A stretch of DNA of 36,611 bases from a virus. Taxonomy: Duplodnaviria; Heunggongvirae; Uroviricota; Caudoviricetes. Position numbers and translations under genes: made by a program. Shown in pieces: positions 29,515-36,611 of the stretch. Location of the stretch: IMG/VR virus record IMGVR_UViG_2537561930_000005; one strand, written 5' to 3'. How positions within the stretch are numbered: position 1 is the first letter of the stretch; each line of letters starts with the position of its first letter. The notes beneath the pieces are model-generated. The model saw only the letters and a program-made list of their open reading frames with translations, was not told the origin of the DNA and ran no database searches.

Positions 29515-29521
29515 GGACGCT

Positions 29522-30262
29522 ATGCCTGTACCAAATCCTGTAATGCCGGTGAAAGGTGCCGGGACCACCCTGTGGGTTTATAAGGGGAGCGGTGACCCTT
29601 ATGCGAACCCGCTTTCAGACGTTGACTGGTCGCGTCTGGCAAAAGTTAAAGACCTGACGCCCGGCGAACTGACCGCTGAGTCCTATGACGACAGCTATCT
29701 CGATGATGAAGATGCAGACTGGACTGCGACCGGGCAGGGGCAGAAATCTGCCGGAGATACCAGCTTCACGCTGGCGTGGATGCCCGGAGAGCAGGGGCAG
29801 CAGGCGCTGCTGGCGTGGTTTAATGAAGGTGATACCCGTGCCTATAAAATCCGCTTCCCGAACGGCACGGTCGATGTGTTCCGCGGCTGGGTCAGCAGTA
29901 TCGGTAAGGCGGTGACGGCGAAGGAAGTGATTACCCGCACGGTGAAAGTCACCAACGTAGGACGTCCGTCGATGGCAGAAGATCGCAGCACGGTAACAGC
30001 GGCAACCGGCATGACCGTGACGCCTGCCAGCACCTCGGTGGTGAAAGGGCAGAGCACGACGCTGACCGTGGCATTCCAGCCGGAAGGCGCAACCGACAAG
30101 AGCTTCCGTGCGGTGTCTGCGGATAAAACAAAAGCCACCGTGTCGGTCAGTGGTATGACCATCACCGTGAAAGGTGTTGCTGCAGGCAAGGTCAACATTC
30201 CGGTCGTATCCGGTAATGGTGAGTTTGCTGCGGTTGCAGAAATCAACGTCACCGCCAGTTAA
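29522..30262 (+). CDS. V: Major tail tube protein V (246 aa, C-terminal Ig-like domain)
   Basis: [20 protein letters not shown]...; 246 aa as in lambda gpV. Confidence 0.95.
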   Translation: MPVPNPVMPVKGAGTTLWVYKGSGDPYANPLSDVDWSRLAKVKDLTPGELTAESYDDSYLDDEDADWTATGQGQKSAGDTSFTLAWMPGEQGQQALLAWFNEGDTRAYKIRFPNGTVDVFRGWVSSIGKAVTAKEVITRTVKVTNVGRPSMAEDRSTVTAATGMTVTPASTSVVKGQSTTLTVAFQPEGATDKSFRAVSADKTKATVSVSGMTITVKGVAAGKVNIPVVSGNGEFAAVAEINVTAS

Positions 30263-30277
30263 TCCGGAGAGTCAGCG

Positions 30278-30700
30278 ATGTTCCTGAAAACCGAATCATT
30301 TGAACATAACGGTGTGACCGTCACGCTTTCTGAACTGTCAGCCCTGCAGCGTATTGAGCATCTCGCCCTGATGAAACGGCAGGCAGAACAGGCGGAGTCA
30401 GACAGCAACCGGAAGTTTACTGTGGAAGACGCCATCAGAACCGGCGCGTTTCTGGTGGCGATGTCCCTGTGGCATAACCATCCGCAGAAGACGCAGATGC
30501 CTTCCATGAATGAAGCCGTTAAACAGATTGAGCAGGAAGTGCTTACCACCTGGCCCACGGAGGCAATTTCTCATGCTGAAAACGTGGTGTACCGGCTGTC
30601 CGGTATGTATGAGTTTGTGGTGAATGATGCTCCTGAACAGACAGAGGACGCCGGGCCTGCAGAGCCTGTTTCTGCGGGAAAGTGTTCGACGGTGAGCTGA
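30278..30700 (+). CDS. G: Tail assembly chaperone G (140 aa)
   Basis: MFLKTESFEHNGVTVTLSEL...; 140 aa as in lambda gpG. Confidence 0.95.
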   Translation: MFLKTESFEHNGVTVTLSELSALQRIEHLALMKRQAEQAESDSNRKFTVEDAIRTGAFLVAMSLWHNHPQKTQMPSMNEAVKQIEQEVLTTWPTEAISHAENVVYRLSGMYEFVVNDAPEQTEDAGPAEPVSAGKCSTVS

Positions 30701-31116
30701 GTTTTGCCCTGAAACTGGCGCGCGAGATGGGGCGACCCGACTGGCGTGCCATGCTTGCCGGGATGTCATCCACGGAGTATGCCGACTGGCACCGCTTTTA
30801 CAGTACCCATTATTTTCATGATGTTCTGCTGGATATGCACTTTTCCGGGCTGACGTACACCGTGCTCAGCCTGTTTTTCAGCGATCCGGATATGCATCCG
30901 CTGGATTTCAGTCTGCTGAACCGGCGTGAGGCTGACGAAGAGCCTGAAGATGATGTGCTGATGCAGAAAGCGGCAGGGCTTGCCGGAGGTGTCCGCTTTG
31001 GCCCGGACGGGAATGAAGTTATCCCTACTTCCCCGGATGTGGCGGACATGACGGAGGATGACGTAATGCTGATGACAGTATCAGAAGGGATCGCAGGAGG
31101 AGTCCGGTATGGCTGA
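30278..31116 (+). CDS. T: G-T fusion tail assembly chaperone made by -1 programmed frameshift at GGGAAAG (30676-30682)
   Basis: Slippery heptamer G GGA AAG near the end of G; the -1 frame stays open to 31116. Known lambda G/GT mechanism. Confidence 0.85.
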
Positions 31117-33664
31117 ACCGGTAGGCGATCTGGTCGTTGATTTGAGTCTGGATGCGGCCAGATTTGACGAGCAGATGGCCAGAGTCAGGCGTCATTTTTC
31201 CGGTACGGAAAGTGATGCGAAAAAAACAGCGACAGTCGTTGAACAGTCGATGAACCGGCAGGCGCTGGCTGCACAGAAAGCGGGAATTTCCGTCGGGCAG
31301 TATAAAGCCGCCATGCGTATGCTGCCTGCGCAGTTCACTGACGTGGCCACGCAGCTTGCAGGCGGGCAAAGTCCGTGGCTGATCCTGCTGCAACAGGGGG
31401 GTCAGGTGAAGGACTCCTTCGGCGGGATGATCCCCATGTTCCGGGGGCTTGCCGGTGCGATCACCCTGCCGATGGTGGGGGCCACCTCGCTGGCGGTGGC
31501 GACCGGAGCGCTGGCGTATGCCTGGTATCAGGGCAACTCAACCCTGTCCGATTTCAACAAAACGCTGGTCCTTTCCGGCAATCAGGCGGGACTGACGGCA
31601 GATCGTATGCTGGTCCTGTCCAAAGCCGGGCAGGCGGCAGGGCTGACGTTTAACCAGACCAGCGAGTCACTCAGCGCACTGGTTAAGGCGGGGGTAAGCG
31701 GTGAGGCTCAGATTGCGTCCATCAGCCAGAGTGTGGCGCGTTTCTCCTCTGCATCCGGCGTGGAGGTGGACAAGGTCGCTGAAGCCTTCGGGAAGCTGAC
31801 CACAGACCCGACGTCGGGGCTGACGGCGATGGCACGCCAGTTCCATAACGTGACGGCGGAGCAGATTGCGTATGTTGCTCAGTTGCAGCGTTCCGGCGAT
31901 GAAGCCGGGGCATTGCAGGCGGCGAACGAGGCCGCAACGAAAGGGTTTGATGACCAGACCCGACGCCTGAAAGAGAACATGGGCACGCTGGAGACCTGGG
32001 CAGACAGGACAGCGCGGGCATTCAAATCCATGTGGGATGCGGTGCTGGATATTGGTCGTCCTGATACCGCGCAGGAGATGCTGATTAAGGCAGAGGCTGC
32101 GTTTAAGAAAGCAGACGACATCTGGAATCTGCGCAAGGATGATTATTTTGTTAACGATGAAGCGCGGGCGCGTTACTGGGATGATCGTGAAAAGGCCCGT
32201 CTTGCGCTTGAAGCCGCCCGAAAGAAGGCTGAGCAGCAGACTCAACAGGACAAAAATGCGCAGCAGCAGAGCGATACCGAAGCGTCACGGCTGAAATATA
32301 CCGAAGAGGCGCAGAAGGCTTACGAACGCCTGCAGACGCCGCTGGAGAAATATACCGCCCGTCAGGAAGAACTGAACAAGGCACTGAAAGACGGGAAAAT
32401 CCTGCAGGCGGATTACAACACGCTGATGGCGGCGGCGAAAAAGGATTATGAAGCGACGCTGAAAAAGCCGAAAGGCGTGAAGGTGTCTGCGGGCGATCGT
32501 CAGGAAGACAGTGCTCATGCTGCCCTGCTGACGCTTCAGGCAGAACTCCGGACGCTGGAGAAGCATGCCGGAGCGAATGAGAAAATCAGCCAGCAGCGCC
32601 GGGATTTGTGGAAGGCGGAGAGTCAGTTTGCGGTACTGGAGGAGGCGGCACAACGTCGCCAGCTGTCCGCACAGGAGAAATCCCTGCTGGCGCATAAAGA
32701 TGAGACACTGGAGTACAAGCGCCAGCTGGCTGCACTTGGCGATAAGGTCACGTATCAGGAGCGCCTGAATGCGCTGGCGCAGCAGGCGGATAAATTCGCA
32801 CAGCAGCAACGGGCAAAACGGGCCGCCATTGAGGCGAAAAGCCGGGGGCTGACTGACCGGCAGGCAGAACGGGAAGCCACAGAACAGCGCCTGAAGGAAC
32901 AGTATGGCGATAATCCTCTGGCGCTGAATAACGTCATGTCAGAGCAGAAAAAGACCTGGGCGGCTGAAGACCAGCTTCGCGGGAGCTGGATGGCAGGCCT
33001 GAAGTCCGGCTGGAGTGAGTGGGAAGAGAGCGCCACGGACAGTATGTCGCAGGTTAAAAGTGCAGCCACGCAGACCTTTGATGGTATTGCGCAGAATATG
33101 GCGGCGATGCTGACCGGCAGTGAGCAGAACTGGCGCAGCTTCACCCGTTCCGTGCTGTCCATGATGACAGAAATTCTGCTTAAACAGGCAATGGTGGGGA
33201 TTGTCGGGAGTATCGGCAGCGCCATTGGCGGGGCTGTTGGTGGCGGCGCATCCGCGTCAGGCGGTACAGCCATTCAGGCCGCTGCGGCGAAATTCCATTT
33301 TGCAACCGGAGGATTTACGGGAACCGGCGGCAAATATGAGCCAGCGGGGATTGTTCACCGTGGTGAGTTTGTCTTCACGAAGGAGGCAACCAGCCGGATT
33401 GGCGTGGGGAATCTTTACCGGCTGATGCGCGGCTATGCCACCGGCGGTTATGTCGGTACACCGGGCAGCATGGCAGACAGCCGGTCGCAGGCGTCCGGGA
33501 CGTTTGAGCAGAATAACCATGTGGTGATTAACAACGACGGCACGAACGGGCAGATAGGTCCGGCTGCTCTGAAGGCGGTGTATGACATGGCCCGCAAGGG
33601 TGCCCGTGATGAAATTCAGACACAGATGCGTGATGGTGGCCTGTTCTCCGGAGGTGGACGATGA
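31109..33664 (+). CDS. H: Tail tape-measure protein H (851 aa)
   Basis: MAEPVGDLVVDLSLDAARF...; size about that of lambda gpH (853 aa). Confidence 0.95.
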   Translation: MAEPVGDLVVDLSLDAARFDEQMARVRRHFSGTESDAKKTATVVEQSMNRQALAAQKAGISVGQYKAAMRMLPAQFTDVATQLAGGQSPWLILLQQGGQVKDSFGGMIPMFRGLAGAITLPMVGATSLAVATGALAYAWYQGNSTLSDFNKTLVLSGNQAGLTADRMLVLSKAGQAAGLTFNQTSESLSALVKAGVSGEAQIASISQSVARFSSASGVEVDKVAEAFGKLTTDPTSGLTAMARQFHNVTAEQIAYVAQLQRSGDEAGALQAANEAATKGFDDQTRRLKENMGTLETWADRTARAFKSMWDAVLDIGRPDTAQEMLIKAEAAFKKADDIWNLRKDDYFVNDEARARYWDDREKARLALEAARKKAEQQTQQDKNAQQQSDTEASRLKYTEEAQKAYERLQTPLEKYTARQEELNKALKDGKILQADYNTLMAAAKKDYEATLKKPKGVKVSAGDRQEDSAHAALLTLQAELRTLEKHAGANEKISQQRRDLWKAESQFAVLEEAAQRRQLSAQEKSLLAHKDETLEYKRQLAALGDKVTYQERLNALAQQADKFAQQQRAKRAAIEAKSRGLTDRQAEREATEQRLKEQYGDNPLALNNVMSEQKKTWAAEDQLRGSWMAGLKSGWSEWEESATDSMSQVKSAATQTFDGIAQNMAAMLTGSEQNWRSFTRSVLSMMTEILLKQAMVGIVGSIGSAIGGAVGGGASASGGTAIQAAAAKFHFATGGFTGTGGKYEPAGIVHRGEFVFTKEATSRIGVGNLYRLMRGYATGGYVGTPGSMADSRSQASGTFEQNNHVVINNDGTNGQIGPAALKAVYDMARKGARDEIQTQMRDGGLFSGGGR

Positions 33665-33990
33665 AAACCTTCCGCTGGAAAGTGAAACCCGGTATGGATG
33701 TGGCTTCGGTCCCTTCTGTAAGAAAGGTGCGCTTTGGTGATGGCTATTCCCAGCGAGCGCCTGCCGGGCTGAATGCCAACCTGAAAACGTACAGCGTGAC
33801 GCTTTCTGTCCCCCGTGAGGAGGCCACGGTACTGGAGTCGTTTCTGGAAGAGCACGGGGGCTGGAAATCCTTTCTGTGGACGCCGCCTTATGAGTGGCGG
33901 CAGATAAAGGTGACCTGCGCAAAATGGTCGTCGCGGGTCAGTATGTTGCGTGTTGAGTTCAGCGCAGAGTTTGAACAGGTGGTGAACTGA
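33661..33990 (+). CDS. M: Tail tip protein M (109 aa)
   Basis: Length and order as in lambda. Confidence 0.9.
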   Translation: MKTFRWKVKPGMDVASVPSVRKVRFGDGYSQRAPAGLNANLKTYSVTLSVPREEATVLESFLEEHGGWKSFLWTPPYEWRQIKVTCAKWSSRVSMLRVEFSAEFEQVVN

Positions 33991-34688
33991 TGCAGGATAT
34001 CCGGCAGGAAACACTGAATGAATGCACCCGTGCGGAGCAGTCGGCCAGCGTGGTGCTCTGGGAAATCGACCTGACAGAGGTCGGTGGAGAACGTTATTTT
34101 TTCTGTAATGAGCAGAACGAAAAAGGTGAGCCGGTCACCTGGCAGGGGCGACAGTATCAGCCGTATCCCATTCAGGGGAGCGGTTTTGAACTGAATGGCA
34201 AAGGCACCAGTACGCGCCCCACGCTGACGGTTTCTAACCTGTACGGTATGGTCACCGGGATGGCGGAAGATATGCAGAGTCTGGTCGGCGGAACGGTGGT
34301 CCGGCGTAAGGTTTACGCCCGTTTTCTGGATGCGGTGAACTTCGTCAACGGAAACAGTTACGCCGATCCGGAGCAGGAGGTGATCAGCCGCTGGCGCATT
34401 GAGCAGTGCAGCGAACTGAGCGCGGTGAGTGCCTCCTTTGTACTGTCCACGCCGACGGAAACGGATGGCGCTGTTTTTCCGGGACGTATCATGCTGGCCA
34501 ACACCTGCACCTGGACCTATCGCGGTGACGAGTGCGGTTATAGCGGTCCGGCTGTCGCGGATGAATATGACCAGCCGACGTCCGATATCACGAAGGATAA
34601 ATGCAGCAAATGCCTGAGCGGTTGTAAGTTCCGCAATAACGTCGGCAACTTTGGCGGCTTCCTTTCCATTAACAAACTTTCGCAGTAA
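33990..34688 (+). CDS. L: Tail tip protein L (232 aa)
   Basis: Length and order as in lambda; Cys cluster near the C-terminus. Confidence 0.9.
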   Translation: MQDIRQETLNECTRAEQSASVVLWEIDLTEVGGERYFFCNEQNEKGEPVTWQGRQYQPYPIQGSGFELNGKGTSTRPTLTVSNLYGMVTGMAEDMQSLVGGTVVRRKVYARFLDAVNFVNGNSYADPEQEVISRWRIEQCSELSAVSASFVLSTPTETDGAVFPGRIMLANTCTWTYRGDECGYSGPAVADEYDQPTSDITKDKCSKCLSGCKFRNNVGNFGGFLSINKLSQ

Positions 34689-34693
34689 ATCCC

Positions 34694-35437
34694 ATGACAC
34701 AGACAGAATCAGCGATTCTGGCGCACGCCCGGCGATGTGCGCCAGCGGAGTCGTGCGGCTTCGTGGTAAGCACGCCGGAGGGGGAAAGATATTTTCCCTG
34801 CGTGAATATCTCCGGTGAGCCGGAGGCGTATTTCCGTATGTCGCCGGAAGACTGGCTGCAGGCAGAAATGCAGGGTGAGATTGTGGCGCTGGTCCACAGC
34901 CACCCCGGTGGTCTGCCCTGGCTGAGTGAGGCCGACCGGCGGCTGCAGGTGCAGAGTGATTTGCCGTGGTGGCTGGTCTGCCGGGGGACGATTCATAAGT
35001 TCCGCTGTGTGCCGCATCTCACCGGGCGGCGCTTTGAGCACGGTGTGACGGACTGTTACACACTGTTCCGGGATGCTTATCATCTGGCGGGGATTGAGAT
35101 GCCGGATTTTCATCGTGAGGATGACTGGTGGCGTAACGGCCAGAATCTCTATCTGGATAATCTGGAGGCGACGGGGCTGTATCAGGTGCCGTTGTCAGCG
35201 GCACAGCCGGGCGATGTGCTGCTGTGCTGTTTTGGTTCATCGGTGCCGAATCACGCCGCAATTTACTGCGGCGACGGCGAGCTGCTGCACCATATTCCTG
35301 AACAACTGAGCAAACGAGAGAGGTACACCGACAAATGGCAGCGACGCACACACTCCCTCTGGCGTCACCGGGCATGGCGCGCATCTGCCTTTACGGGGAT
35401 TTACAACGATTTGGTCGCCGCATCGACCTTCGTGTGA
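34694..35437 (+). CDS. K: Tail tip assembly protein K (MPN/JAMM + NlpC/P60-like); full ORF 247 aa
   Basis: HSHP(x)G JAMM-like motif. The 199-aa form annotated for lambda corresponds to an internal ATG at 34838. Overlaps I. Confidence 0.85.
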   Translation: MTQTESAILAHARRCAPAESCGFVVSTPEGERYFPCVNISGEPEAYFRMSPEDWLQAEMQGEIVALVHSHPGGLPWLSEADRRLQVQSDLPWWLVCRGTIHKFRCVPHLTGRRFEHGVTDCYTLFRDAYHLAGIEMPDFHREDDWWRNGQNLYLDNLEATGLYQVPLSAAQPGDVLLCCFGSSVPNHAAIYCGDGELLHHIPEQLSKRERYTDKWQRRTHSLWRHRAWRASAFTGIYNDLVAASTFV

Positions 35438-36006
35438 AAACGGGGGCTGAAGCCATCCGGGCACTGGCCACACAGCTCCCGGCGTTTCGTCAGAAACTGA
35501 GCGACGGCTGGTATCAGGTACGGATTGCCGGGCGGGACGTCAGCACGTCCGGGTTAACGGCGCAGTTACATGAGACTCTGCCTGATGGCGCTGTGATTCA
35601 TATTGTTCCCAGAGTCGCCGGGGCCAAGTCAGGTGGCGTATTCCAGATTGTCCTGGGGGCTGCCGCCATTGCCGGATCATTCTTTACCGCCGGGGCCACC
35701 CTTGCAGCATGGGGGGCAGCCATTGGGGCCGGTGGTATGACCGGCATCCTGTTTTCTCTCGGTGCCAGTATGGTGCTCGGTGGTGTGGCGCAGATGCTGG
35801 CACCGAAAGCCAGAACTCCCCGTACACAGACAACGGATAACGGTAAGCAGAACACCTATTTCTCCTCACTGGATAACATGGTTGCCCAGGGCAATGTTCT
35901 GCCTGTTCTGTACGGGGAAATGCGCGTGGGGTCTCGCGTGGTTTCTCAGGAGATCAGCACGGCAGACGAAGGGGACGGTGGTCAGGTTGTGGTGATTGGT
36001 CGCTGA
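35335..36006 (+). CDS. I: Tail tip assembly protein I (223 aa)
   Basis: Length and order as in lambda; ubiquitin-like N-terminus and Gly/Ala-rich membrane segment. Confidence 0.9.
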   Translation: MAATHTLPLASPGMARICLYGDLQRFGRRIDLRVKTGAEAIRALATQLPAFRQKLSDGWYQVRIAGRDVSTSGLTAQLHETLPDGAVIHIVPRVAGAKSGGVFQIVLGAAAIAGSFFTAGATLAAWGAAIGAGGMTGILFSLGASMVLGGVAQMLAPKARTPRTQTTDNGKQNTYFSSLDNMVAQGNVLPVLYGEMRVGSRVVSQEISTADEGDGGQVVVIGR

Positions 36007-36066
36007 TGCAAAATGTTTTATGTGAAACCGCCTGCGGGCGGTTTTGTCATTTATGGAGCGTGAGGA

Positions 36067-36611
36067 ATGGGTAAAGGAAGCAGTAAGGGGCATACCCCGC
36101 GCGAAGCGAAGGACAACCTGAAGTCCACGCAGTTGCTGAGTGTGATCGATGCCATCAGCGAAGGGCCGGTTGAAGGTCCGGTGGATGGATTAAAAAGCGT
36201 GCTGCTGAACAGTACGCCGGTGCTGGACAGTGAGGGGAATACCAATATCTCCGGCGTCACGGTGGTGTTCCGGGCCGGTGAGCAGGAGCAGACACCGCCG
36301 GAGGGATTTGAATCCTCCGGCTCCGAGACGGTGCTGGGTACGGAAGTGAAATATGACACGCCGATCACCCGGACCATCACGTCGGCAAACATTGACCGAC
36401 TGCGTTTTACCTTCGGCGTGCAGGCACTGGTGGAAACCACCTCAAAGGGGGGCAGGAATCCGTCGGAAGTCCGCCTGCTGGTTCAGATCCAGCGTAATGG
36501 TGGCTGGGTGACGGAAAAAGACATCACCATTAAGGGCAAAACCACCTCGCAGTATCTGGCCTCGGTGGTGGTGGGTAACCTGCCGCCGCGCCCGTTCAAT
36601 ATCCGGATGCG
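36067..36611 (+). CDS. J: Central tail fibre / host-specificity protein J, N-terminal fragment (runs off the window end)
   Basis: MGKGSSKGHTPREAKDNLKSTQLLSV...; ORF open to the last base. Confidence 0.9.
   Translation, partial: MGKGSSKGHTPREAKDNLKSTQLLSVIDAISEGPVEGPVDGLKSVLLNSTPVLDSEGNTNISGVTVVFRAGEQEQTPPEGFESSGSETVLGTEVKYDTPITRTITSANIDRLRFTFGVQALVETTSKGGRNPSEVRLLVQIQRNGGWVTEKDITIKGKTTSQYLASVVVGNLPPRPFNIRM

Overview
This window reads as the left ~36.6 kb of a mosaic temperate phage-plasmid: an N15-like linear-plasmid-prophage early arm joined to a lambda-type cos site and head/tail module. All calls are from reading the sequence and recalling protein families; no database search was run.

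Layout, left to right:
- 83-1984: protelomerase (telN-like).
- 2.1-6.2 kb: AT-rich accessory stretch with small minus-strand genes, a secreted-protein/membrane-protein pair, and an inserted IS200/IS605 element (tnpA + tnpB).
- 6157-10152: giant primase-helicase repA on the minus strand.
- 10.4-12.0 kb: immunity switch (cB repressor, tandem palindromic operators, cro, Q-like gene).
- 12.0-16.5 kb: early accessory region (zinc-ribbon proteins, DEDDh exonuclease, wHTH protein, HigB/Gp49-type toxin with HTH antitoxin).
- 16.5-19.4 kb: structured non-coding hub, orphan DNA methyltransferase, lysis cassette (holin, SAR endolysin, Rz/Rz1).
- 19.7-20.4 kb: two low-GC moron-like genes.
- 20570-20581: lambda-type cos cohesive end.
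- 20.8-36.6 kb: lambda-order packaging, head and tail genes Nu1 through J (J truncated by the window end).

Most notable observations: three copies of an F sopC-like palindrome (TGCGACC-AC-GGTCGCA), two inside coding sequence, which I read as dispersed partition centromere sites; the cB operator motif reused 3.9 kb away; an apparent frameshift in FI; and two uncharacterised accessory cassettes. No CRISPR array, rRNA or convincing tRNA was seen.
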